From assembly GCF_001194135.2 (NCBI RefSeq), contig NC_068987.1:106657553-106721552 (forward strand): a DNA stretch of 64,000 nt, given 5' to 3'. The DNA is from Octopus bimaculoides. Taxonomy: Eukaryota. The stretch's first letter is position 1. Each line of letters opens with the position of its first letter. The notes under the pieces were generated by a model. It saw only the letters and a list, made by a program, of their open reading frames with translations, was not told where the DNA came from and did no database searches. The translations under genes were made by a program, and so were the position numbers. Below, piece by piece: positions 25,100-37,350 of this stretch.

Positions 25100-25507
25100 T
25101 TTTTTTCTGTAAAATAGGGGTAGCTTATCCTGTCTAGGCTATATTATTAGCATTATGCTGCGTTTGAGGATCAAAACCACTTCTGTAACTTTTTAAGACA
25201 TCTCAACACTTCTAAAAGCAAACTTCGTTCGTTTGTTTACGTTCATCGTAATTTGAATTTAACGTATGATAGCCTCTCATAAAGCAAGATTTCTATGCAT
25301 TTTAAATTTGCAGAAAAAATTGTGGTGGGTAGTTTAGCTTAATCGGGCTAGAGCACCGCGACGTGTAATCACGGAGGTGTGATTTCGAGTCTCATAGCTT
25401 TCCGCCTACTTTTTTTCTGCAAAATAGGGGTAGCTTATCCTGTTCAGTCTATATTATTAGCATTATCCTGCGTTTGAGAATTTAAAATCACTTCTGTAAC
25501 TCTTTAA
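25100..25507. repeat. Two diverged ~97-bp direct repeats (25100-25196, 25410-25507), period 310 bp
   Basis: Both read TTTTTTTCTGYAAAATAGGGGTAGCTTATCCTGT...ATATTATTAGCATTAT.CTGCGTTTGAG...ACTTCTGTAACT. Confidence 0.9.
25328..25403 (+). tRNA. tRNA-like pseudogene (possible Thr-UGU; isotype uncertain)
   Basis: Folded by hand: acceptor GGTAGTT/AGCTTTC, D stem GCTT/GAGC, anticodon arm CCGCGA-CGTGTAA-TCACGG, T loop TTCGAGT. G53 is replaced by T and the anticodon stem has an extra pair. A T7 terminator follows at 25410. Confidence 0.55.
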
Positions 25508-27399
25508 CTGTTTCCCCATTCAGGCTTGTGCCACATTTTGTCACCTCACGCCAGCATTCTTAGTTTACCTTCTTTCCTGGTCATTATTTCTATATCAGTA
25601 TCAACTTCGTCATTCATTATTCAAAAACTATTAGCTCCCTTACTCACATTAATTCATTTTCGCCCGCTGAATGTTTTTTTCTTCTCCCGGTCGTTCCTGA
25701 TTCTCCTTTCTTTATTCTTGATTCTTATTTCTTCTCTTTGCTTCTTTCTCAATATTTCTTTGGATTTACTCGGCCTTTCAAGATTCAATCCTACCTGCCG
25801 TGCTCTATGATCAATGTCTACTGTAATACAACTTAAGCTATTTCCGTAATGAAATAATTTAAGAAACATTTTAAATCTTATATTTGGAACATTCATATCT
25901 AGGATATACCGTTACATATATTTTCTGAAGAAAATTAGGAACATGGCTATTAATTTATAAATGATTGAATAGAGATATAGAAGTTTACTTAGTACGTGTA
26001 CACATACACGTACGCACACACACACACATTTGTGCGTATAAGAATGGTGGTGCACACATCATCTCCCATCAGCCAGTTTCATAAACACAGCTAATTTTCG
26101 TATCCGGGTGTGTATATGTGTGTGAACCAATAACGACGTGTGTGAGTGATTATATTTGTACGTGCCAATGGCATTCGTTTGGAGTCTCTCTCCCTCTCTC
26201 TCTCTCTCTTTCGCGCTCGCTGTCTCTGCTGCAGAATTACATTTTTCATTCGCTTTCGACTGCGCCACAGACGTTTTACCATATCCTTAGCGCATTAAAA
26301 CCATAGTTAATTACTGATTTTTCTGTCTTGCTATACACACACACACACACACACATACACACACACACACACACACACGCACGCACACAGACACATACAC
26401 ACACACACACGCACGCACAAAGAAACATACACACACATCCACATACATACACACATACGTATACATACATGTGTGTAAGTAGATATATATGCGATTGAGT
26501 TCATGTATGTATGTATATATATATATGNNNNNNNNNNNNNNNNNNNNNNNNNNNNNNNNNNNNNNNNNNNNNNNNNNNNNNNNNNNNNNNNNNNNNNNNN
26601 NNNNNNNNNNNNNNNNNNNNNNNNNNNNNNNNNNNNNNNNNNNNNNNNNNNNNNNNNNNNNNNNNNNNNNNNNNNNNNNNNNNNNNNNNNNNNNNNNNNN
26701 NNNNNNNNNNNNNNNNNNNNNNNNNNNNNNNNNNNNNNNNNNNNNNNNNNNNNNNNNNNNNNNNNNNNNNNNTTATATACACATATATGTATATGTATGT
26801 ATATATATATGTATATATATATATTTATGTATATATATATGTGTGTGTGTGTGTATGTGTGTGTGTTTGTGTGTATATGTATATGAATTTGTATGTACCC
26901 AAACATGCATACACAGATATTCACTTACACACACATTCGAATGCACATACACACATAAACACATTTATTGGACGTAACCCACATTATCCTACAGATCACT
27001 GCAGATGAAAGATGTATAGCATATCATTATTTTCGCAGCACACAGACAGTATATTAACTTGTGATGATCGAAACGTGTTAAGTTTAAATAGATAATATAC
27101 TGTGGGATGAGTGATCACTTCCATCTTCCATTTATAAATATTGCTATTAGACATTCATACAATCATGCAGATATGTATGTACGTATTTTCTGGCAGCACG
27201 TTGAGCCGTTCTTGCTCCTTGAATGATAAAATATCTTTAAGGCTTCAGAAGGTAACTGATTTCTACAGTGCTCACGAGTCTTGTGTCCGGTCCCATCATG
27301 GCATCATAAGGCGAACAAAAGTTACTGTGTACTGCCCATGTATGCTGACGTCACTCACTCCTTTACAAACATGAGGGTTGGTCCCCTTATATACATTAC

Positions 27400-27710
27400 A
27401 TAAATGTCCTCGAATGTTTCAACAGAAATGACTGAGACACATCTTGAATATTGGCTGGTCATTGCAGTCTCTTGAGAGAAGTCGCCACCCTGGGCATAGA
27501 GCCGATGGCATACGAACATCTTTCTTCAGAAGAATGATAAGAAAATCCCTAAGCAGATGCTATATGATAAACATGTTTGTGGAAATCTCCTACAGCAGAA
27601 AGTAAGAATGCGGTTTATGTTTTGCGTAAAACCGCAATGAAGGCATGTGAGTTATGAAAGATCAATTGGGAAAGCAATGCTTGACTTCGTAACCAAAGGA
27701 GAAGCGGTAA
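27400..27710 (+). mobile_element. Old RTE LINE 3' fragment
   Basis: KIPKQMLY...MKACEL...NWES matches the RTE C-terminal PK.MLYGEL...WE series. Confidence 0.55.
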
Positions 27711-27849
27711 AGAATGGGTTCCGTATTTTTTTAAAAATAAAAACATGCATTTTCATGCTAAACTTAATCGAGCTGCTCGGGAACACAACGCCAATGTTGT
27801 GAATTGGGGAGTATTATTTCAAAGACCCCCGCCCGCGTGTGAAAAGGAC

Positions 27850-28590
27850 GTGGAGAACCGGTCAGGTAGAATCAGCCAACGTGTATTCTTCAATCATGCG
27901 CTGACCATGCGGACAAATATCATGGTCTTCTGCGCCATTGTCCTGTCAACCCTTCTATACGCCTGTGGTATTTGGACGCTGTTCCGCCGTGACTTCAAGC
28001 GCCTCGAACGCTTCCAGCAATCCAAGCTACGACAGATTCAACGGGAAGATCACATTACCAACAACGAGGTTCTTCGCCGCGTTTCACTACCAAGCGTCGA
28101 AGCCACCATTCTTCGTCATCGTTGCCGCTGGACAAGATAGGTCCAGCGTATGGAGCACTCTCATCTCCCGAGGATCATGCCCTACGGAGAACTTGCAATC
28201 GGAACAAGACTCAGAGGAGGCCTGAAATACCGATTCAAAAAAACAGCTCAAACGGACCCTGGCTCAAACTAATATCCAGCCATCCTCATATGAACAGATT
28301 GACATGGATAGGACAGCCTGGAGGACTGCCATCCGCAAAAGAGGACTGCCATCCGAATTAGAACGTAAAACGCAGGAGAAGAAAGGAGCGTCTTCAACAT
28401 CCTCGACCCGCACCGACTATCGTGTGCGAAATCTGACCTCGAATCTTTCACCACCGATACGGACTCCAAAGTCACATTCGGCACAAACAACTTCTGAGGG
28501 GACTGGATAGAAACTGACGAACCCAATGCTCAGATACGAGCTGGAACCGACGAGTAGTAGTAGTAGTAGTAGTAGTGGATGTGGTAGTGG
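27850..28590 (+). mobile_element. RTE (BovB-like) LINE 3' end with (AGT)n tail
   Basis: IVLSTLLYACGIWTLFRRDFKRLERFQQSKLRQI...NNEVLRR...PRIMPYGEL...DRTAWR, then a decayed C2H2-like VCEI*PRIFHHRYGLQSHIRH and a microsatellite tail. Confidence 0.9.
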
Positions 28591-29369
28591 TAGTAGTAGT
28601 AGTAGTATCCCTTTGCTCCTTTTGGCGCAAGGCCTAAAATTTTAATGGATGGTGATAATGGATTACACAGATCATAGTACTCAACTCGTATTTATACCAA
28701 CGACCACAAAAGATAAGATGTAAGGTCGAAGTCGTCGGACAAGTTTGACGTTAAACGTTTAACCGGCGCGCAAACGTTTCTGCCGACCTATTCTGCAAGG
28801 TAAATTTAGTGAGCTTTTTGTGTACATATGTGGAAAATTATATGTTGAATATAGTAAGTGAGAAATGAAAATAAATATGAATACATATATTTTTAGTGTA
28901 ATAATTGCGTGTAGGAAATATATTTTTGTAGATAGTGGTAAAAATTAATAATGTATATTGATGAAGTTGCAAATAAAATATGCAATTATTATGACGTGAA
29001 GAGCACGCGTGAGACAAAAATGACCTAAATACGAGGTAGGTTTTTTTTTAACCATGGAAATGGAGGCAGAATCCTGAACGACTGTAGCATCGAGCAAGTC
29101 TCATTAAAAGAGAAAAAAAAACTTGGCATATTAATCGAATATTTTGTATGATGTCTTTTTCCTCTGATTAGGGAAAGACTACAGCACGCGCATAGCATAC
29201 GTTTAGTCAACAATATTGTTAATATAGAGAAAACAAAATCTTGGAATTATCACACAAATCGCCTCAACTATAAAACCTGAATAAATTGCTTCTTTCCTTA
29301 ATTTATATTATAGAGTACAATGCGTGCCTCGCCAGTCTGTAAACCACTTATTCCGTTTAATATTTACAG

Positions 29370-29417
29370 ATCAGAACTTGATTGACGCCTTCGTATACAC
29401 TGCTCGAAAACTGAATA
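29370..29417 (+). CDS. Candidate 48-nt micro-exon (phase 1-1, DQNLIDAFVYTARKLN)
   Basis: ATATTTACAG acceptor, A|GTGAGT donor, in non-repetitive sequence. Confidence 0.4.
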
Positions 29418-29663
29418 GTGAGTAGTCAGTGAGCAAATTATAAAAACTGCTATCATTTGGAAAGATATTGTATATTAGACTATGGATTTAAGTCACTCAA
29501 TTCCCTATATTTATACACAATAACCTACTGGCATATTCTGTAGTACAGTGTAGTTTTAAAAAAGTCTACAAGTAGTATTGACATTAGCGGTTAAGAGGAC
29601 GCACGCTTAATGATGAAATTCAAAGCAGGATTGAAACTGGTGCAGCTGATTTCTATTCTCTAG

Positions 29664-29686
29664 TCTATGAAAATAGTGTATTAGAG
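29664..29686 (+). CDS. Candidate 23-nt micro-exon (phase 1-0, IYENSVLE)
   Basis: TTTCTATTCTCTAG acceptor, GAG|GTAAAC donor; phase-compatible with 29370-29417. Confidence 0.3.
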
Positions 29687-30899
29687 GTAAACTTAGTTAC
29701 GTCTATGCTTACATACTAGTTTCCCCCTAACACTATGGATAGATAATCTGTACTTACCTACAGGTTTGAAAACAAAAAACCCAAAACAAACCTTTAATGC
29801 ATCAGTAATTAAATATTATACGAAGTAGTTGCCAATCAATATACGATGTAATATGCAAGTCAGTCCATCTGATTTCCTTAATCTTAATTATTGAGAAAGA
29901 ATGGGTTGATGAGCAATGATCCTAATTTCCGCATGGTGGTGACATCTAAACCTAAGATTGAAGCAAATGCGACTGATATTTTTCCTGCACATGAAATACA
30001 GTAAAGAGAAGCTGTTTACAAGTGTGACATACAATTTTGTTTACATCTGTGAAGTATTATGTATTCATACTTTAGGTAAGTCTTTCTGAAGTTTGTGCAA
30101 CATGATAGCAAACAGTATAATATTCACATCAGCTCTGACAACAAATATCTAATATTCATGTCTATTAGATTTTATTAATGTTTGCTATGTTCCATCAATA
30201 TAAATTTACTGTGGATCTTTATTCCTGGCTGTTTCGGAGGAATCATTGATCAGAAGAGACAAATGATTTAACATGTTGCAGTCATTTCCATTACATCTTA
30301 TTTTCAGACAGTATAAATAGAATCATTAAGATTGTACAGTGTAATATAAAAGTAATATCAATGCTTATAGATGCCTTGATGCAGTTCGAAGTTGATCGGG
30401 AAAATTCTACGACAAAAAAGTATTCCAGCCGTGACTATCACTTTCACTTTAAAGCTGTTGGTGCCTCAGATTTTGTTATTTAAAATATCATCTCTACTTT
30501 ATAGAACTAGAGATTTGGCCTCTGTATCTTGCACAAGAAAGCCGTTTAGATAACCCATCATCAGCTTCATACTTTGATACAGTATCAAGCTTGATACACA
30601 CACACACACATGCACACATAGACACAAAAAAGGTGCGCCTGTGCATGTGCACATGCATGCGCTTACTCACGCGCCTACATACACCTGCACACAGAGTTAT
30701 ATATCAGGTGGAAGAGTTGAACAACTGTAGAATTTGCTCCTTTAGACAGAGCTAATCTGTGATTAATGTACACATGGTCATTGCTCCACAAATGAATGCC
30801 GTCTCCATCTGTTTCCTCCTAGTAAAGAGCCTTTCTTACATTTTATGACGTCTCTGATGAATATTCAGCCCCACTGCAATACTGCAAGGTCCGAGGTAT

Positions 30900-31345
30900 A
30901 GACACAAGCGCAGATGTGTGGTAATAACCTTGCTTCCCATCTACATAGTTCTAGGTTCAGTCCCACTGCGTGGTACCTTGGACAAGTGTTTCTAATATAG
31001 CCTCGGGCCAACCAAATCCCGAATGGATTTGGTAGACATGAAACACACGCACACACATACACACACACACATACACACACACACACACACACTCACATAC
31101 ACACACACACAAATATACACAAATATGTGCTTTGTGTCTGTTTTTGTCCCCCACCATCGCTTGACAAACGGTATCGATGTGATTACGTCCCCGCAACCTA
31201 GCGTTTTGGCAAAAGAGCCCGGTAGAATAAGTACTAGACTTTAAAAATATGGAAGACTTGCGGCCGCTTTATTAGATTAGAAGCTTTAAAGACGATACCC
31301 CTGCATAGCCGCAGTCAAATAATTGAAACAAGTGAAAGATAGGTG
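30900..31345 (+). mobile_element. SINE-A with internal (CA)n tract
   Basis: Head, core and 3' domain are colinear with the copy at 23351; the internal tract is CA-rich rather than TG-rich. Confidence 0.9.
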
Positions 31346-33074
31346 AAAGACGAAAGCTGTGAATTACTGTGCGCATCCAACTGGTTACGTCTGTATACAA
31401 CACCACTGTTTCATCAGCGAAGGACTTTTAGTAGACGCAATGACAAATGAGGTAACTTTAATGAGATGACTATACACAATTTGATTCATTATAGTGATAA
31501 ATACCTGTACGTCATGGATTCCACTACCTGGTTCCCTGTGTTTTTTGTACCTAGTGACTGGCCGAAAGGACCTGATATATAAGACTCCACTTTTATGTCA
31601 GTGCTTCTCCTTTAGAAGGATGCTGTAGCAACAACTAAGTGTCCCTCACTCTCTGATTTTGCTGACCCATCCCTGACATCGGGCCGTTCAGAGGATGGTC
31701 AGCACATATGCTAGTTTACCTATAACCATAATCCTTACAGGTGCAACTACGCCGCGTGAGAGTAGATCACGTAGCAATAGTGTTTAGGAGGTGTTATACA
31801 CTCTTCAATACTCTGGGCCTCCTGAACACAAGCCATACACAGGAAATACATGCATGCAGGCATACATACACAGATACATATACACATACATACATACATG
31901 CATGCATACATACATACATACAAACATACATGCATACATACATACAAACATACATACGTATACACGTTTTGAAACCTACACATATGCAAGTTTATATATA
32001 TATATATATANNNNNNNNNNNNNNNNNNNNNNNNNNNNNNNNNNNNNNNNNNNNNNNNNNNNNNNNNNNNNNNNNNNNNNNNNNNNNNNNNNNNNNNNNN
32101 NNNNNNNNNNNNNNNNNNNNNNNNNNNNNNNNNNNNNNNNNNNNNNNNNNNNNNNNNNNNNNNNNNNNNNNNNNNNNNNNNNNNNNNNNNNNNNNNNNNN
32201 NNNNNNNNNNNNNNNNNNNNNNNNNNNNNNNNNNNNNNNNNNNNNNNNNNNNNNNNNNNNNNNNNNNNNNNNNNNNNNNNNNNNNNNNNNNNNNNNNNNN
32301 NNNNNNNNNNNNNNNNNNNNNNNNNNNNNNNNNNNNNNNNNNNNNNNNNNNNNNNNNNNNNNNNNNNNNNNNNNNNNNNNNNNNNNNNNNNNNNNNNNNN
32401 NNNNNNNNNNNNNNNNNNNNNNNNNNNNNNNNNNNNNNNNNNNNNNNNNNNNNNNNNNNNNNNNNNNNNNNNNNNNNNNNNNNNNNNNNNNNNNNNNNNN
32501 NNNNNNNNNNNNNNNNNNNNNNNNNNNNNNNNNNNNNNNNNNNNNNNNNNTATATATATATATGTACACATATATATATATACATATTTATATAAATGTA
32601 TGTGTGAGGGTTTGAAAGCGCGTGTATGCGTATATGTATGTGTGTGTGTATGCGCGTGCCTAGTTAGATATGTAAGTAGATAGATAGATAGATAGATAGA
32701 CTAGACGGTACACTTTACTTATGCTTATGTAGTAATGAAGAGTTTTCGATAATAATTGCCTGCTATTTCTAGGAGATCGAACGACCGAGAATCATTACAC
32801 TTGCTGACGCAATTAAATATTCTATCTTTAATTTTCAGTCTCGAAGTACAGGAAACAGTCAGTGTCCGATTGATCAATTTGTTAAGAACATCTCTTTGAA
32901 GTTGTTCACCACCTTCTATCATTTTATCGATTTTTACTTGATCTGGTATTTTTATCGATCAATGCTCGGTAGATTTTCATGATGTCATATTTGTCTTTTT
33001 GTTTCTATTTTTAGTGTTCTTGTCTTTTCCATTGACCCCATTTAAATATTCTCATCAGCATTACATCACCTTGT

Positions 33075-33385
33075 AATATTGGTTCCAAATTTTGGCCCGA
33101 GAGCAGTAATTTGGGGGGAGGGACAAGCAGATTTCATGGACGACAGTGATCAACTGGTACGTACTTTATCGGCCCCCAAAGGATGAAAAGCAAAGTCAAC
33201 CTCGATCTGAAATATATGGAGGTAGGGTTAGTCGATTACATCGCTCCAAGTGCTTGCCCGGCACATATTCTATCGACCCCGAAAGGAAACTATACTAAGA
33301 CGATCGATCGGAATTTGAACTCAGAGCGTAAAGCCGGAAAGATGCGGAGAAGCATTTTGTCCTGCGTGCTAACGATTCTGTCATA
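33075..33385 (-). mobile_element. SINE-B followed by a second body copy
   Basis: On the minus strand one head is followed by two successive body segments (CCTTTCGGGGTCGATAG..., then GAGGTTGACTTTGCTTTTCATCCTTTGGGGGCCGATAAAG). Confidence 0.75.
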
Positions 33386-34357
33386 ATAATCCATTCTCCT
33401 GTAGGCAAAAGTGCTTAAAATGTTGGGTAAGAGCGATGCAGTTCTGTGTGTGTTTATTGTATATTTTCTTATGTATTCTCGATTGCTATAATATTTGTAA
33501 TTCTCTCCATATTTTGCGCAATTGAATTGCGTTTCTGAATGCATAAATAAAATTATTTTTCACTCAGAAACATTTTATTGGAAATGAAATTCTGAATAAC
33601 CGAAATAGTCAGGTTATCTCCCATTGTGGGTTACCCACAGATTTTTTTGTGATAGTTCTGTTGTTTTTATTTTTTTGTTAATATAATTCAACATTTGTTT
33701 CTATCGTCTTTAGCGCTGAGGGTTATGACTTACTTTTTAAACAAACATATATAATTTTAGAGTCGATTTATCATAGCTTCCATTTTCAGCATTATGACAT
33801 AGGCATCTCGGATTACACGAAGAAGCATACGGAAACGCTTACAGTTCAATGGTCTTGTCTCTTTCAATCCTATCATTCACTAATTATGCTGGTTAATCTC
33901 TGATTCTCGATAACAATATATTGAAGTTCTTGATGTATATCGTTTGTATTTATATCTGGCACAACTGTACATGTCCGTGTGCTTAAATAAAAAGCAATAT
34001 TTGTTTTAATTTCTTCTTAGTGACACGAAATAAGAGATAAATATAGCTCTATGCATATAGGTTCGTGATCTATGCATGTCTCAATTCCATTGTGCAAGTT
34101 CATTTCTACGATATCTTCAAATGGTAGTTTCTATAGATTACATTCCATCATGAATAAAATTTTATATATTGCAGTGAATAGTTGTTTTAAATTCTTTCAT
34201 CCTTTCATTCGAAAGTCTAAAGCAATTGGCTACAAAGTTTTCACTTACATTCTATACATTGTTAGATTTTCCATATTATTGAAATGTCCAAAATTCCTAA
34301 TATCCCAAAATTAATTTGCATAAACTGAGGTAACATTTGTCCGCATACTATTCACAC

Positions 34358-34406
<49 letters not shown>

Positions 34407-34920
34407 CGTATGCGCAAGAATGTATTTCACTTAATTTATAAGATATTTACAGTATTACGTATTCAATTCCTGAATTCTAAGTATTGATTTCTAGCATAGC
34501 TCCAACATCTCAAAATTAATAGGAAACAGAGTTGATTAGATCGACCTCAATAATGAAGTAAGTGTTAGTTCGTAGCCCACAGAAGAATATAAGGTCAAAT
34601 CGAAATCTTCGGAATTTGAATACTGAATTTAAAGCTGCATCACTAAATATCACATGACAGTTTGCGTCCTCCACCGATTCTTGCAAAATACTACCTCTCC
34701 GAACTGAATAGTATGAAGAATTCATCTCCTAGAGCGATGCAATAGCAGACTCAGTAAGGTGGCAGAGAAAACGCTTTGTTTATTGAATTATCTATGTTTT
34801 CAATTCCCTCGTTTTGCCTATCACAATGTATGTGTTCTGATTAAACACTTGTTACACAATGGAGATAAACCTAATATACGTTCTCCCGGGAAGATATGAC
34901 GACAACAACTGCGTGCGCAT

Positions 34921-34957
<37 letters not shown>

Positions 34958-35405
34958 CAGAAATGGGACAAGAACGCAGTTAGGTGGTACAAAAAAAAAA
35001 GGGGATAGCAAAACATCCAGACAGACGATGCAAAGAAAACAAGGACGGGTCATTCGGAATTTTCTATCCTCGGTGGAGTTCCAGATTATCTGTGCAATTT
35101 TGGCTGGATATACTCGAGATAGCTCCAATATCGTCCAACGAAAAACTAATCTAAGAGCATTAAATTCCTCGGAAGAATACAGAGAATGTATACGAAAACA
35201 AGGACGGAAAAAAAAACAGAGAAATGTTACTCATATACAAATGCAATTAACAGGACATAACAACAGGTGTCTTTCGACTAAGGACGAATTAAATTTAGAT
35301 GGCGTGTGTGGAAGTAAAGCCTTACGGCAGGGACATAAATTTTAACCGGCACAGAGAGGGATATAAATGTTGCACGGATGGTAGTACATATATATTTATC
35401 ATATA

Positions 35406-36150
35406 TACAGGGTTCGATGAGTACGTTGTCGCTCTTTTATATTTTTTATTTCGTGCATGCGCATTGTTTATTTTTGATTTTGTCGACAACAGAGTATAGT
35501 AGGGTCCACTGGGCATCGTCTGTGAGAAAAACACCACCGTTACGTATTTCATCCAATCCTGTCAGAAATTTGGAAATGATATGTCGTACTGGCTGGCATT
35601 CGCACCACAATCTCCAATACGAACATTTAAGAGTGTCTGGGTGTCAGTCAGAAGATAGTGCAATCTGAGGAGTTGTAGAGAGAGTGATAAAAATCAAACA
35701 TCTAATTAATGTCATGACGTTTGGAGTGATTAGTAGTGATGCCTTCCCACACGGCCTCAGAATCAATACGGAGACCTACATCAAGTGTCTGGAGGAGATA
35801 GTGCTGCCCTGGCTAAAGATGGTGGCAGCTAGAAGACCCTATGTCTGGCAACAGGACTCTCCACCATGCCACATAACCAGGAGAACCCAGTCATATTTGT
35901 TAGACAATTTCTGCGACCACATCACCCATGACATCTGACAACCTAGCTCCCCAAACTACAACCTCCTTGATTATTATGTGTTTGGGTGCAGTTCAGCGAG
36001 AAACTAACAAATCTCCTTGTAAAACCACAGATGAACTGAAGGCAAGGATTATGGCAGCATTCACAACATAAACAAGGTGATCGTCCAGAAAAAAAAAATG
36101 GAAGCCGTGCGTGAAGCCAGTGGCGATTTTATTACATAAATTAACTCTAG
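35406..36150 (+). mobile_element. maT-type (DD37D) Tc1/mariner element, internally deleted
   Basis: Starts TA|CAGGG. Transposase C-terminus VWQQDSPPCH...PSSPNYNLLDYY has exactly 37 codons between the Asp at 35855 and the Asp at 35969. 3' TIR not seen. Confidence 0.85.
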
Positions 36151-36201
36151 CATTTCAAATACCTCAGGAATGAGGTAAGGCACTCTTCTCTTAATTTTGA
36201 C

Positions 36202-36236
<35 letters not shown>

Positions 36237-36256
36237 GATGCCGTTCTTGTTTTATT

Positions 36257-36620
36257 AAAGCGGTGAGGTGGCCCAATTGTTAGCTCACCGGACAAAACGT
36301 TTATTGTCTATGTTTACCTTCTCGTGAATTTTCCATTTGGCGTCCATAAAATAGGCAGCAGTATATTAAGGGAGTCGATGTAGTCAACTCTCTCCCTCGA
36401 ACAGGTCTTGTGCTTATATTAGAGAAACCAATTATTACTGTGGGGGCGAGCTATTAGAATCATTAGCATGCCGGAAAAAAACGATTAACGCTATTTCGTT
36501 CGCCTTCATGTTCTGAATTCAAACAGTCGAATTGGGAATCGCTTTTCCTTCATTCGGTATCGATGTGATCGACCAGGCCCTCTCTCTTACAATTTCAGGC
36601 CTCATTCATTTAGTAGAAAA
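36257..36620 (+). mobile_element. Two decayed tandem SINE-B copies
   Basis: Heads GCGGTGAGGTGGCCCAATTGTTAGC (36257) and GGCGAGCTATTAGAATCATTAGCATGCCGG (about 36444), each with family body; an (ACT)n run follows. Confidence 0.65.
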
Positions 36621-36621
36621 G

Positions 36622-36686
<65 letters not shown>

Positions 36687-37145
36687 ATTTATTATTATCC
36701 TCATCGTCATCATCGTCATCATTATTAGGTATGCATTCATTTTCTGTATGTTGTTCTGTGTTAACAACAATGTCACGCTTAACACCGCCTTTATTGAATT
36801 TTATTTCCCCAGATCTTTTCAAATCGCCACATTATTAACACATTTAACATAAAGGCTCTTTGGGTTGTTAATATGTTTTAAATATTTTATATCATTCTAT
36901 AACCCGTGCTATTCCAATGCATCAGGCGTTAAGTAACTCGTCCTTCATATGACATGAAGTCATCTAGCATTGTATCGCATACTGTTGAAATTATCATCTT
37001 CCAATATAATCTCTTCCACCACACATGCATTTACTATCATGCGTGCTGCCTACCTATTACTGAATTAGACTGTTGATCTGACTATCCATCTCTCTGTGTA
37101 ATTATTCAGGTCTCACTGCCTTTCAGAGTCCATCCCTCTCTCTTC

Positions 37146-37350
37146 CTCTCTTTTAGTCTTCTCTCTCTCTCTCTATCTCTTTTAGTCTTCTCTCTCTCTC
37201 TCCATCTCTTTTAGTCTTCTCTCTCTCTCTATCTCTTTTAGTCTTCTCTCTCTCTCTCTTTTAGTCTTCTCTCTCTCTCTCTCCCTCTCTCTCCCTCTCT
37301 CTCCCTCTCTCTCACTCTCCCCCTCTCTCACTCTCTCTCACTCTCTCTCT
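37146..37350. repeat. Minisatellite of TTTTAGTCTT+(CT)n units (5 copies, periods 29, 29, 27, 23) plus CT tract
   Basis: TTTTAGTC starts at 37151, 37180, 37209, 37236 and 37259. Confidence 0.9.

Noticed and set aside
26190-26290. Initiator-like TCATTC with downstream AGACG as a core promoter
   Set aside because: The DPE-like motif is at +22, not +28; short motifs like these are expected by chance.
34990-35400. Apparent dispersed repeat with duplicated AAAACAAGGACGG
   Set aside because: It cannot be classified or bounded from this window alone.
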